This document shows positions 40,924 through 50,952 of a DNA stretch of 64,000 nt, one piece after another. The stretch is from Candidatus Woesearchaeota archaeon. Lineage in GTDB: Archaea; Nanobdellota; Nanobdellia; Woesearchaeales; JAZDKJ01. The notes under the pieces are model-generated. The model had not been told where the DNA came from and ran no database searches. It worked only from the letters and a program-made list of their open reading frames with translations. The position numbers and the translations under genes were made by a program. Each line of letters begins with the position of its first letter. The first letter of the stretch is position 1. Location of the stretch: assembly GCA_043803105.1 (NCBI GenBank), contig JAZDKJ010000008.1, positions 96,001 through 160,000 on the forward strand, in the 5' to 3' direction.

Positions 40924-40970
40924 AATGCCCCAATTATTCACAAAAAGGTATTATGACCGAACGGGGCACT
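40924..40970 (+). repeat. cassette boundary site 3
   Basis: AATGCCCCAATTATTCACAAAAAGGTATTATGACCGAACGGGGCACT. Confidence 0.85.
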
Positions 40971-41027
40971 TATTTTTCTCGAAACGATTAGCAATGTTTA
41001 TATAGAAATAAATGTTATGGTGTCATA

Positions 41028-41237
41028 ATGACCACGAAGTATACAATAATAATTGAGAAGGATGAGGATGGCTGGCTAGTGTCTGAGGTAGTGGGTTTGC
41101 CGGGTTGCCATACTCAGGCTAAAACCATTGAGGAGCTTTTAAAGAGAACAAAGGAAGCAATAAAGGCATATCTGGAAGATGAAGACACACCTGAGATTTC
41201 TGGAGAGTTTGTAGGAGTGCAGCAAATAGAGGTGTAG
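41028..41237 (+). CDS. hicB: HicB-family antitoxin
   Basis: YTIIIEKDEDG...LPGCHTQAKTIEE...KEAI. Confidence 0.9.
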   Translation: MTTKYTIIIEKDEDGWLVSEVVGLPGCHTQAKTIEELLKRTKEAIKAYLEDEDTPEISGEFVGVQQIEV

Positions 41238-41240
41238 TTC

Positions 41241-41474
41241 GTGAACAAACTGCCTAAGCTGACAGGCAAAGAATTGGGCAAAATTATTGAACGGTTTGGT
41301 TTTACCTACAGCCACACGACTGGAAGCCATATGGTTTACAAGCATCTTGATGGAAGGAAAACAACAATACCCCATCATTCAGGCGAAGAGATTGGCCCTG
41401 GGCTTTTGAACAAGATTATAAAGAGAGATTTGCAGATAACAAGAGAGAAATTTATTTCTAAGGTGGATGAATAA
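41241..41474 (+). CDS. hicA: HicA-family toxin
   Basis: GF...GSHMVYKH.DGRKTTIPHH. Confidence 0.9.
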   Translation: MNKLPKLTGKELGKIIERFGFTYSHTTGSHMVYKHLDGRKTTIPHHSGEEIGPGLLNKIIKRDLQITREKFISKVDE

Positions 41475-41493
41475 AAATCCCGAACGGGGCACT
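41474..41493 (+). repeat. terminal attR-like copy of tRNA-Glu 3' end
   Basis: AAAATCCCGAACGGGGCA identical to 36896-36913, including intron-terminal AAAA. Confidence 0.85.
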
Positions 41494-41624
41494 TTCTTTT
41501 CTCGTAATATTTGAACCATAATTTTGACGTGCATTAACCTTTTGCTCAAGTGATATTCTATAATAGTTATCTTGCAGAAGCGAAATTGTTATCAATAAGA
41601 AGTAACTACCTACACCACGCTAAA

Positions 41625-43178
41625 ATGGCAAAGGATATCGCAAACAACCTTGGCGCTGCGTTGACACAGCTGGGCATCGAAGATAAGTTTCTTTCCAATG
41701 GCGAGCTAACCAGCTTTCCGCTCGTTGACAGGGGGAGAATTGCGAACGGCATCATAGAAGAGAAACTAGGATCTGGAAAATGGACTACAGTAGTCCACCT
41801 CTTATTTGGCAGCAACGCACATGCCCATGCACTCTATGAAGGAGACTACGAGCAGCTGAAAAAAGACATTTTGCAGTCTGCGCTAAGCAGCAGCAGAGAA
41901 TATTATGACATGGACAAGGTGGCCAAGGACCTGGCAGACAGCAAAGAGTTTGACCTGTTGTTTAAGATTGCCTGTAGTATCCCAATCAATTATGATGAAT
42001 TCAACAAACTTACTTACCACTTTCCAAAAGGATTTTTTGATGGCCAAAACTTGCAAATGTTGCACAATGTGGCAGGGAAAAAAGCATTAGAAGAAAATAA
42101 GCCTGACTCTGCTGCTTATCACTTCACAGAAAGCGGCGACAAAGAGAATCTGAAGGCTGCTTTTGAAGCGATGCTGACGCATTCAGCTCAAAGACATACG
42201 GACAGTCTGGAAAAGATTGCACTTTTTTTCCCAAAAGAACAAGCAGAAATGCTAAAGAGAATTATCCTCTCGACTTGCTCAGAAAAAAGTGGTACGGTAA
42301 GTGCCCTCAAACTCTATTGGAAGTATGTGGGGACAAATTTAACCCTTCCTGAACATGATGTAAACAAGCTTTATTCCAATGCTGCTTCTGAAGCAGTTAG
42401 ATTTGACGTGACCAGACTGCCCTTTTTGAAGGATGCTAGACTATGCTTGCTGTGGGCAAAAAAGCATGCCAAATCAGAACCACAGGCATCATACAGAATA
42501 TTCAATGCTCTGGGTTATAAAGGCAAAGAAGTTCAAACTGCTGTTCTTTCAGGCCTTGAAATTGAAAGGTACCAGCATGAAGACCAGGTTCTCACACCGC
42601 AAGACATTCAAAAGGAACATTTAGAATCAGCGTATAAACTTGCTTCATTCAAAGTTAAGGTTGTGATTGCAAAACATCAAAAGAATAACAGAAGACTGCA
42701 AAAGTTGAGCAAGCAGGCAGAACAAAAAGAGGACTTGAGGGAAGCCTATTGGTTGTGGACTGCTGGCAATGGCAACTTTGAAAGCAAATACCTTACCAAC
42801 ATTAGGAAACGGCTCATCGAAAAGGAGATAAAAAAAGGTTCTTGTTGGATGTCCTTTATAGAAAAGAATGACAGGCCTGGCAAGCTGCAGGCTTATGATG
42901 CTCTCATGCAGGAACGCCAACAGCAGAGATATCGGTTTGTTGAAGTTGCTTACGAACTGGCAAGAAGTTTGTCAGACCAAGAAAGAATGCAAAGAGCACG
43001 CGAGCAAATGGTAAATTTGAACGCTCAGCGAGCCCTGGAAGCATTTGTTAAGGATAAAAAGGAGCCAGACAAAACTGGAATTGAATATCTTGTAAATGTC
43101 ATGGCACAACGGTTTAAGGTGGAAGCGCCAACCCTTGCAAGAATAGTAGAAAAATATGCTTCAGGCTTGTCAATTTGA
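41625..43178 (+). CDS. large alpha-helical hypothetical protein
   Basis: Long ORF with TPR-like helical character. Confidence 0.65.
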   Translation: MAKDIANNLGAALTQLGIEDKFLSNGELTSFPLVDRGRIANGIIEEKLGSGKWTTVVHLLFGSNAHAHALYEGDYEQLKKDILQSALSSSREYYDMDKVAKDLADSKEFDLLFKIACSIPINYDEFNKLTYHFPKGFFDGQNLQMLHNVAGKKALEENKPDSAAYHFTESGDKENLKAAFEAMLTHSAQRHTDSLEKIALFFPKEQAEMLKRIILSTCSEKSGTVSALKLYWKYVGTNLTLPEHDVNKLYSNAASEAVRFDVTRLPFLKDARLCLLWAKKHAKSEPQASYRIFNALGYKGKEVQTAVLSGLEIERYQHEDQVLTPQDIQKEHLESAYKLASFKVKVVIAKHQKNNRRLQKLSKQAEQKEDLREAYWLWTAGNGNFESKYLTNIRKRLIEKEIKKGSCWMSFIEKNDRPGKLQAYDALMQERQQQRYRFVEVAYELARSLSDQERMQRAREQMVNLNAQRALEAFVKDKKEPDKTGIEYLVNVMAQRFKVEAPTLARIVEKYASGLSI

Positions 43179-43187
43179 ATTCTTGAC

Positions 43188-45311
43188 TTAGGCGGTGGGG
43201 TTTTCCTGCAGCACCTTAATTACATCCTGCTCCTTCGAGATAGGGTAATATTGCAATGGATTGATAGACCTTGGGAAGAGGGTGCCTACACCGAGCGGCT
43301 TGATGTCTTTATACATCTCGGTAAATCGCTCTTGTATTACTTTGGGCTCAAGGCTTGTTTTTTCAGTCCAATAATCGATTCTTTCCAACAGAAAATAATT
43401 CCTGGAAGCAACAAAGAAAAACTCCGCAACAATCTCCCCCTTGATCACCTTCTCGAGACTTGTGCTAAGGGTCTGCCATTTTTCTTGACTGTAGCTTTTC
43501 CCAAGTGCACTCTGCCAGAGGTTCCTGATATATTTCTTCGCATGGAATGCACCCAGGCCAATTGACTCGCCTGCCACATGGAGGAATCCATCCCGCTGAG
43601 TGCAGGCGAACCTGCAACCTTCATTGGAGCTTGGATCCTGAGCATAGACATCAGGCTGGTTTAGTGCCTGGTAGAAAGCAGACAAAGCCTCGCGTTTGGT
43701 CACATGATGGTGGTCCAATTTTTTAATCAGGACTACCCTGGCATCACCTTTGGAGAGCACCCTGACCAGCGAACCTTTGCATTTATCAGCAGCCTTAACA
43801 AGATCCTCTGTCTGGCAGTCAAGCTCGCGTGCTATCTGTTGCGGGGCGAAAGGGGAATAACCCTTAATCATTTCAAAAATAAAGTCAACAGACTGCTTGG
43901 AAAAAGTTTTTGGCGAGGTTGTTTGAGCCCAATTGCCAATAAGCGGCTCAATGCCAGATGCGTTAGCGGGAATACCATCTCGGAGAAATCTGGTGATGAT
44001 ATCTTCATAGAAATAGTCTCCGTTCATTGCATACTGGCTCAGGGATTGATATATACCTATAAGGGCATCCATCTCCATGTCCTTTGGCATCAGCATGGCA
44101 ATCTGACTCTTGCCATCAGTGTATTTGGCAGAGTAGACTGTAATACGCTCGTCAAAGCATTCCTTCATGACATTAATCACTGAAGTCAAATCACCTGGGC
44201 CTGTGCCTTTGCCAAGTTTCTCACAAAGGATTTTGATTGGAAGGGCCTTTTTGACCTGAAGCTCATAGTCTATTTTCTCCAAACCCCCAGTTATTTTATC
44301 GTTTGGGTCAAGGGAGCATAAGGCTCGGATCATTGTCTCTGCAAATTTTTCGGAAACTGGATAGGTTGTGTTGAACCTGGCGATTGCTGCTTGCAGGCTT
44401 GTAGGATACTCATACTCAAACTCTTGAATGGGCGGAGCATTTTTCACAATCTCAGACAATTTAGGAGCAGGCTTAGGAACCTCAACAGACTTTTGTGGCG
44501 CTTCCAATGCATTCAACCTGTCTGACAAATCTGGAACCGGGCCATGCTCTGGTTCTGAGTCTTTGGCCAAGGGAGTATCCTGCGTCTTTTCCAGAAAAGG
44601 TTTGTTTATCTTAGCGATTCTGTTTTGCATCTCACGCAGATATATACCTGCAAGATCTTCAATTTTCATATCTTGGGGAATGAGCATAGCCACTCGCCTG
44701 GGTCCTGTAGAGCCCGGCGCAGCATACACAGTTATCCGTTTGTCTTCGCAATGCTTCATAATATTAATCAAAGAAGCAGGATCGCTTTCGCCTTTACTGT
44801 CGGCAATGTACCTGGATAGCAATGTGATGGGCAAAGGCCTCTTAGCCTGCAGTTCATAATCTATTTTTTCAAGACCTTCTGCTATGCAGCCATCAAGGTC
44901 AAGGCGGCAGACTGCACGAATCATGGTCTCGGCAAATCTTTCATCAACACCGTATAGGATATTGAAACGGTCAATTGCATCTTGGACACCTACAGGGTAA
45001 ATATATGCCAATTCCTCCGTAGGCTGCAAATCGATGTTCAAATGGTTGGCCACTTCTCGGATTGTTTCACGCTCGGAATGCGCAGGATGTTCTTTGTCCC
45101 CTCCCAAAGGAGGAGGATTCAAAATCTGTTCTAGAAGAGATTTCTTTTCAATGACCCTGCGGAGGAGCATTATTCTGCGCCGGAGATATGATTTCTCATC
45201 AGGTGATTCGGCTGAGGCAGAGAGCTTGTCAAGCCTTCTTGGTATGAAGGTGAGATAGTGCTGTGTCTCCTTAAAGACTGAATCTATCTGTTCTTTGAAT
45301 TCGGGTCTCAT
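43188..45311 (-). CDS. hypothetical protein with an internally duplicated ~125-aa domain
   Basis: FAETMIRA.C.LD....GLEKIDYELQ...ERITVY-like block occurs twice. Confidence 0.75.
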   Translation of the reverse strand: MRPEFKEQIDSVFKETQHYLTFIPRRLDKLSASAESPDEKSYLRRRIMLLRRVIEKKSLLEQILNPPPLGGDKEHPAHSERETIREVANHLNIDLQPTEELAYIYPVGVQDAIDRFNILYGVDERFAETMIRAVCRLDLDGCIAEGLEKIDYELQAKRPLPITLLSRYIADSKGESDPASLINIMKHCEDKRITVYAAPGSTGPRRVAMLIPQDMKIEDLAGIYLREMQNRIAKINKPFLEKTQDTPLAKDSEPEHGPVPDLSDRLNALEAPQKSVEVPKPAPKLSEIVKNAPPIQEFEYEYPTSLQAAIARFNTTYPVSEKFAETMIRALCSLDPNDKITGGLEKIDYELQVKKALPIKILCEKLGKGTGPGDLTSVINVMKECFDERITVYSAKYTDGKSQIAMLMPKDMEMDALIGIYQSLSQYAMNGDYFYEDIITRFLRDGIPANASGIEPLIGNWAQTTSPKTFSKQSVDFIFEMIKGYSPFAPQQIARELDCQTEDLVKAADKCKGSLVRVLSKGDARVVLIKKLDHHHVTKREALSAFYQALNQPDVYAQDPSSNEGCRFACTQRDGFLHVAGESIGLGAFHAKKYIRNLWQSALGKSYSQEKWQTLSTSLEKVIKGEIVAEFFFVASRNYFLLERIDYWTEKTSLEPKVIQERFTEMYKDIKPLGVGTLFPRSINPLQYYPISKEQDVIKVLQENPTA

Positions 45312-45443
45312 AATCCAGCCCCCAAGAAGACTTGAGGATTTTGCACCTCTCAACACATGTTGTGCTGGGCTGATTTAAAAAGTTTTCGAGGATTAATCAT
45401 AGAGCTTGCTTTCTCCTGCTTGTCATTGGCAGTATTCCGGGAA

Positions 45444-46478
45444 TCACTGAACAATGGTGCGCTCATCGTGACGCTCCAAAGGCCATAGAGACCTATAGCT
45501 CTGAACAGATTCAAATCTCGGCATACCTCTATGGATTTCTGTGAATATTTCTCTTGCATTGAGATAGTATTCCAGATCCTGCAGGGGCAAGGGACTTTTG
45601 GCGCTTGTAGGCTGGTAATTAGGTCCTGTCGGCGCAATTGAGATAACATCCTTTAGCAAGAAAAATCCTTTTTTCATTTCTGGGAGTTCGTCAATTCCAA
45701 AGATATACAGATAATTTGTCTCCATTCCTGACTCCCTAGCGCTTCCCAGTATACTTCGTATTTCTTCTAAAGTGATTCTACCTTTTTCTCTGGGCATTAC
45801 TTTTGTCCTATTTGTGAAACACTCAACAGTAAAAGCAAGGATAACATCTCCATAAGTCGAAAGCTCCTTTAGTGAGTTTCTGCTCCGTAATTCATGAGAG
45901 GCAACATAGAATTTACCGCGAAAATTTCTTTTAATCGCTTCTTCAATATATCCTTCAAATAGTTTCAGGGCATCGCTCTCATTTCCAGCACAACTTGTAA
46001 GAACAGAGATTTGCCTCAGGTGCTCGAGATTACGCAATTCGTAATCCTGCATGACCTTACCAAACAACTGCTGTTTGGATAATTGAATTGAGTATCTGCT
46101 GTTTCCACGTTTAGCTGTATCCTCACAAAATAAACATTTCTGATCACAAGCCTCCATAAAAGTTGAATTGATAACCAGAATATCCTTGCCACGAAAATAA
46201 TATGGTTCTCCTAAGTCTTCCATAATAGAGTCCACAGTAAATCCCGTCTCACTACCCTTATAATAGACAATGTTTTGCTGTACCTGATATGGACTATTCT
46301 TATTATTCCAGAAGGGTTTATCATGGCGAGTTTTATCTGGAGCTGTAAAAAAAGCCTTCAATTTGAAAATAGTTCCGTCCAAACTTGTGGAAAGTCCTAC
46401 TCGCATTATGTTCAACAGGTGTAAAGACGCAAGGGGCTCATTATACTTCATAGCGAGTGCTGCCAACTCATCAGTCAT
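45444..46478 (-). CDS. radical SAM protein
   Basis: CDQKCLFC (CxxxCxxC). Confidence 0.75.
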   Translation of the reverse strand: MTDELAALAMKYNEPLASLHLLNIMRVGLSTSLDGTIFKLKAFFTAPDKTRHDKPFWNNKNSPYQVQQNIVYYKGSETGFTVDSIMEDLGEPYYFRGKDILVINSTFMEACDQKCLFCEDTAKRGNSRYSIQLSKQQLFGKVMQDYELRNLEHLRQISVLTSCAGNESDALKLFEGYIEEAIKRNFRGKFYVASHELRSRNSLKELSTYGDVILAFTVECFTNRTKVMPREKGRITLEEIRSILGSARESGMETNYLYIFGIDELPEMKKGFFLLKDVISIAPTGPNYQPTSAKSPLPLQDLEYYLNAREIFTEIHRGMPRFESVQSYRSLWPLERHDERTIVQ

Positions 46479-46515
46479 AAGACAAAGAATGGCTATAACA
46501 CTTTTAAAGTTTGCC

Positions 46516-46965
46516 TCAAGCAGGACTCGATATTTCAACAACCTTTATCTTGAAGGTAAGGTGCTTGCCTGCCAAGGGATGGTTAAGATCAATGGTGATA
46601 ATCTTGTCGTCTACATCAGTGATAAGCGCAGGAAACTTCTGACCCGTGTTTGTGGAAATTGCAAGCATCATACCTGGCTTGATCTCTTGTTCGCTTGGAA
46701 GACGCTCCCTAGGCACCTGCTTGATAAGTTTTGCGTCATGATCTCCATATGCCTCAATGGTAGGGATGTGAACAGTCTTTTCCTCTTGAAGCTTCATGCC
46801 AAGCACAGCCTGGTCAAAGCCCTTAATCATCATGCCTGCACCAACCTCAAACTCAAGAGGCTGGCCATGCTGAGCGGAGCTGTCAAAGACAGAGCCATCA
46901 TCAAAAGTGCCAGTATAGTCAACCTTTATTGTATCTCCTTTTCTTACGCGTGGTTGATTTGCCAT
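46516..46965 (-). CDS. FKBP-type peptidyl-prolyl isomerase (SlyD-like)
   Basis: VDYTGTFDDGSVFDSS, EAYG, DLNHPLAGK. Confidence 0.93.
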   Translation of the reverse strand: MANQPRVRKGDTIKVDYTGTFDDGSVFDSSAQHGQPLEFEVGAGMMIKGFDQAVLGMKLQEEKTVHIPTIEAYGDHDAKLIKQVPRERLPSEQEIKPGMMLAISTNTGQKFPALITDVDDKIITIDLNHPLAGKHLTFKIKVVEISSPA

Positions 46966-47173
46966 AATCCTGTAGGGCTTTGCCTTGATTTATAAATGTT
47001 TTGGGGTCACTCAAGCTCCTGAGAAGCATGTATAAGATGCAGGACAACCTCAAAAAGATTGACCACCACAAGCTTAATAAAGCGCTCAGGTCTTCCTTAA
47101 AGCATGAAGACTTACAGGGAAGTATTCTCACCATAATTCTGTTTGACAGTCTTCATTTTACAGGGTGATTCTG

Positions 47174-48145
47174 ATGAAGAAAATAATGCACTACAAGGAT
47201 ATCAAGCCAAGAATGGACATGTCAAGGTTTGCTGAGGTAAAGGGCTATGATTTTGAGAAGGAGTTTGACTTTTCCAAGTTCCTTTCTTCATACTCGACAA
47301 CAGGATTCCAGGCGACAGCAGTCAGCCAAGCGATAGCGGTAATTAACCTGATGAGGAAAGAAAAAGCTACAATCTTCTTTGCGTACACTTCCAACATGGT
47401 GAGCAGCGGAATACGAGAGATAATCAAATACCTTGTAAAGAACAAGATGGTTGATGTTTTGGTAACCTCAGCAGGAGGGATAGAAGAAGACATAATGAAA
47501 TGCTTAAGGCCATTTCACATAGGTAGCTTTGACATACCTGGAAAATACCTTCTCGAAAGGGGAGTGCACAGGACAGGAAACCTGCTTGTGCCAACAGACT
47601 GCTACACATACCTTGAGGAATTCATGGAACAGGTGTTCAAGAACCTGGAAGGAAAGACAGTGTGCACAACAGAACTGATAATGGAAATGGGAAAATTGGT
47701 CAATGACGAAAGCTCTATCCTTTACTGGGCTAACAAGAACAACATACCGGTTTTCTGCCCAGGGATAACTGACGGCTCGATAGGGGACCTCATCTTCTTT
47801 GAGAAACAGAGAAACAGCAAATTTGTCCTTGACGTTGCAGAGGACATGACGCGGATAGTCAAAATAGTGCTTGACAGCCAGAAGACAGGGGCGATAATCC
47901 TTGGAGGCGGCATAGCAAAGCACTTCACGCTTAACGCAAACGTATTCAGGGATGGATTCGATTATGCAGTCTATGTAAACACTGCGCAAGAGTTTGACGG
48001 GTCTGATTCAGGGGCACGGGTTGATGAAGCAATAACGTGGGCGAAAGTGAAACCGAATGCTCCCAACGCAAAGGTGTTTGCTGATGCCACGATAGTTTTT
48101 CCGCTGATTGTGGCAGGAAGCTTTGCCAAAACCGATGCCAAATAG
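47174..48145 (+). CDS. dhs: deoxyhypusine synthase
   Basis: TGFQAT, YTSNMVSSG, AGGIEED, DGSDSGA, EAITWAK, DATIVFP. Confidence 0.93.
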   Translation: MKKIMHYKDIKPRMDMSRFAEVKGYDFEKEFDFSKFLSSYSTTGFQATAVSQAIAVINLMRKEKATIFFAYTSNMVSSGIREIIKYLVKNKMVDVLVTSAGGIEEDIMKCLRPFHIGSFDIPGKYLLERGVHRTGNLLVPTDCYTYLEEFMEQVFKNLEGKTVCTTELIMEMGKLVNDESSILYWANKNNIPVFCPGITDGSIGDLIFFEKQRNSKFVLDVAEDMTRIVKIVLDSQKTGAIILGGGIAKHFTLNANVFRDGFDYAVYVNTAQEFDGSDSGARVDEAITWAKVKPNAPNAKVFADATIVFPLIVAGSFAKTDAK

Positions 48146-48333
48146 GCTTATTTCACATTAAGTGTTTTGCAGAAAGGGCTGTCATCTCCCAGGTTGGAAT
48201 AATGAGCCTGGTTGTCACCTGAATTTCCTAAAGCTTATGTTTTGACTAGGAAGGTGTCAGAAAAATCCTTGCAATCTATCCACCTATAATTGATGTCGTA
48301 CGCAGACAGAAAGCAGACCAGCGCAATTAACAA

Positions 48334-49023
48334 TCATCCAGATGTCTTTTCGATAGGAGGCGTTGCCTTCTTTTTTATTACCAACATAAAGTTGAACCCC
48401 AAATACTTTGTTAGTAAAAACCTGCTTAGGGATTCTTCTATCCTTGAATTGAATCTGAAAGGTAGGTATGCTACATACCCAGAATACAAAACATCAGCAT
48501 TGCTTAGCCTCTTTGCGTATTTTGGTAAAAAAATATATTTGTGTTTTCCTTCCTTGACTTTTAAGTGGAGCTTTTCAGCAAGCCACATTACTGGGGCCCA
48601 CAATGGGTTTGGGGTGCTTAAGAAAGCTAACCCCCTATTTTTCAAAACTCTTATTACCTCATTCATTACCTTTAATGGGTCACCAACATGTTCGAGTATG
48701 TCCATTGAAACAACAAAGTCAAAGCTTTCTGCCTTAAACATAAGGTGCTCTGCATCCCCCACCAGTAGATGGGCTTTTTTTACCTTGTTCCTTGCAACCC
48801 CGACCATGTTTTTTGATAAATCAATTCCATAAGCTTCTTTGAACATGGGCTCAGTCTTTTTTATCAGCTCTCCAGTTCCCACCCCAATTTCTAGCATCCT
48901 GTTTTTGTTTACCTTGTACTTGTCTATTAACGATAGAATTTTGTTTGTTGCCTTGATCATATACCCGTTGAATCTTTCCTTGTCATATACCAAGGCGTTT
49001 TTTTCCAAGAAGTCTTCTTCCAT
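48334..49023 (-). CDS. class I SAM-dependent methyltransferase
   Basis: LEIGVGTG, GIDLS, GDAEHL, LEHV, STPN. Confidence 0.88.
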   Translation of the reverse strand: MEEDFLEKNALVYDKERFNGYMIKATNKILSLIDKYKVNKNRMLEIGVGTGELIKKTEPMFKEAYGIDLSKNMVGVARNKVKKAHLLVGDAEHLMFKAESFDFVVSMDILEHVGDPLKVMNEVIRVLKNRGLAFLSTPNPLWAPVMWLAEKLHLKVKEGKHKYIFLPKYAKRLSNADVLYSGYVAYLPFRFNSRIEESLSRFLLTKYLGFNFMLVIKKKATPPIEKTSG

Positions 49024-49024
49024 G

Positions 49025-50422
49025 TTATCCCCTTGTTATTTTTAGCAGTGCCCAAAAGCCCACTATTGTTTTTTTCAGGTCATAGATTGATTTTATCCTC
49101 GATATCCTCTCAAGTGCGTATTTCGGCCTGTAGTAGAATTTTTTGTACGCCCATTTCATGTATTTCTCTAATTCGTCGTTTGATAGGTGTTCTGTTTCTA
49201 TTACTGTTGCCTGTGACTGGTCTAGCGCAGACCATTCCCTTGTAAGTATCAGCTTGCGCCTATTGAAGTCTTCGAATATTTTTGTGCCCGGGTACGGTGT
49301 TAGTATGTTGAAGCTCACAAGTGTTGGGTTAACCTTTTTTGCAAATTCCACTGTCCTCCTTATTGTCTCTGCAGATTCCATTGGTGCTCCGAACATGAAA
49401 TGCGCTACAGTCTCTATGTTATATTTGTGTGCTAGCTTGAATGCGTTTTCTATTTGTTCTAGCTTTATTCCTTTTTTGTAGTAATCAAGTATTTCCTGGC
49501 AGCCTGATTCTACTCCGAATAAAATAGTGCGACAGCCAGCTTTTTTCATCAGCCAAATTACTTCATCATCGATTGTGTCTACCCTTGAGCTGCACACCCA
49601 CTTCAGGTTGAGTTTTTCCCCTGTTATGCGTTTCATAAGTTCAATGGTTCTTTTGCGGTTTAATGCAAATGTTTCGTCGTTGAAAATAACCTCGTTGATG
49701 CCCACTGACTTTATAAATTTCAGCTCTTCTACTATCCTTTTTGGGGACTTGTAGCGTACTTTTTTTCCGTTCATTAATCCAGCGTTGCAGAACGTGCATG
49801 GGTAGGGGCATCCCCTGCTTGACTCCACCACTGTGAATAGTCTGTTTTTTACAAATGGTGCCCTGTAAACTGGTTTTAGTAAGTCATGTGTTGGTAATGG
49901 TAGCTTGTCCAGATCTTCCAGGAGTTTTTCCTTGCCGTAGTATGATATTTCTTTGCCTTTTCTCTTCCACACGCCTTTTATTCTGGTTTCATTTGCATAG
50001 AGTTTTATGAGTGCTGTTTCTGGCTCTCCTTCAATGATGTAGTCAACATTCTGGTATTTCTTCAGTATATTTTCTGCTTCTGCGCTTGCAAAAGAGCCTA
50101 TGAACACAACCTTGAAGTCGTATACTTTTTTAATTTCATCTAGTGTCTCTATCTCTTTTTCTAGCAGCGTTGGCAATGGCTCTGAGATTGCCAGGTCTGG
50201 TCTTATTTCTATGAATCTTTTTTTGAACTCTTTCTCTTTTATGCCCTCGTTATCCCCGTCCAGGAACCAGGTGTTTGAGTAGGTCCTTGCAACTCCAGCT
50301 ATCGTGATTAGCTTGACAGGGGGCCATTTCTCACCGCCTTTGGATGAGCCGCCGCACCTTCCTATTCTTGCAAAGTTCTTGTCCGAAGGAATAGTGTAAA
50401 CTAGAGTTTTCTTGAAGACCAT
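49025..50422 (-). CDS. B12-binding radical SAM protein (HpnJ-like)
   Basis: GEPE, SSRGCPYPCTFC, FGVESG, LTPYPGT. Confidence 0.9.
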   Translation of the reverse strand: MVFKKTLVYTIPSDKNFARIGRCGGSSKGGEKWPPVKLITIAGVARTYSNTWFLDGDNEGIKEKEFKKRFIEIRPDLAISEPLPTLLEKEIETLDEIKKVYDFKVVFIGSFASAEAENILKKYQNVDYIIEGEPETALIKLYANETRIKGVWKRKGKEISYYGKEKLLEDLDKLPLPTHDLLKPVYRAPFVKNRLFTVVESSRGCPYPCTFCNAGLMNGKKVRYKSPKRIVEELKFIKSVGINEVIFNDETFALNRKRTIELMKRITGEKLNLKWVCSSRVDTIDDEVIWLMKKAGCRTILFGVESGCQEILDYYKKGIKLEQIENAFKLAHKYNIETVAHFMFGAPMESAETIRRTVEFAKKVNPTLVSFNILTPYPGTKIFEDFNRRKLILTREWSALDQSQATVIETEHLSNDELEKYMKWAYKKFYYRPKYALERISRIKSIYDLKKTIVGFWALLKITRG

Positions 50423-50644
50423 CGCATACCCCTTGAGTATTCTGCTTGTGTGGCTAGTTCTTAAACATTTCTAAAACCCCGGAAAAATTTCAAAGGACAC
50501 ACCATATTCGATAATTTGGGATCATCCTTGTGGGGTTCAACACAATCGACTAATTATCCTCAAAAACCTAAAACATTGTACGGTGCCACATCAGTAAGTT
50601 TTTATAGTTGAAAACAAGGACCCTGAATCTGAGGTGGTATAAGA

Positions 50645-50950
50645 ATGGGCATGAAATCTGAGTTCATGGACTTCTTGAAGGAATACAAGGTCGTTGCCTT
50701 GGCAATTGCTTTCATAATAGGCGTTGCCGCCACATCTTTGATAAAATCGCTTGTGGATAGCATAATAATGCCGATAATCACGCCATTCATACCTGGAGGG
50801 GCATGGGAGACAGCAACCTTTTCTTTTGGGCCGATTGTCATAGGATGGGGTTCTTTCCTTGGCGAACTGATAAACTTTGTAATCATCGCATTTGTTGTTT
50901 TTGTGATCGCAAAGAAGGTCATGAAAGAAGGCAAAGTTACCAAGAAGTGA
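50645..50950 (+). CDS. mscL: large-conductance mechanosensitive channel
   Basis: EFMDFL...VVALAIAFIIG...SLVDSIIMP...GSFLGELINFVIIAF. Confidence 0.9.
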   Translation: MGMKSEFMDFLKEYKVVALAIAFIIGVAATSLIKSLVDSIIMPIITPFIPGGAWETATFSFGPIVIGWGSFLGELINFVIIAFVVFVIAKKVMKEGKVTKK

Positions 50951-50952
50951 AA

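Larger units (their letters stand above)
36914..41493. mobile_element. tRNA-Glu-anchored array of four integrated cassettes
   Basis: tRNA 3'-end copies at ~38046-38093, ~39086-39130 (degenerate), ~40924-40970 and ~41474-41493 delimit unrelated gene modules. Confidence 0.75.

Noticed and set aside
38046-41493. Repeats as a CRISPR array
   Set aside because: Spacers are 0.5-1.8 kb and contain genes; no cas genes seen.
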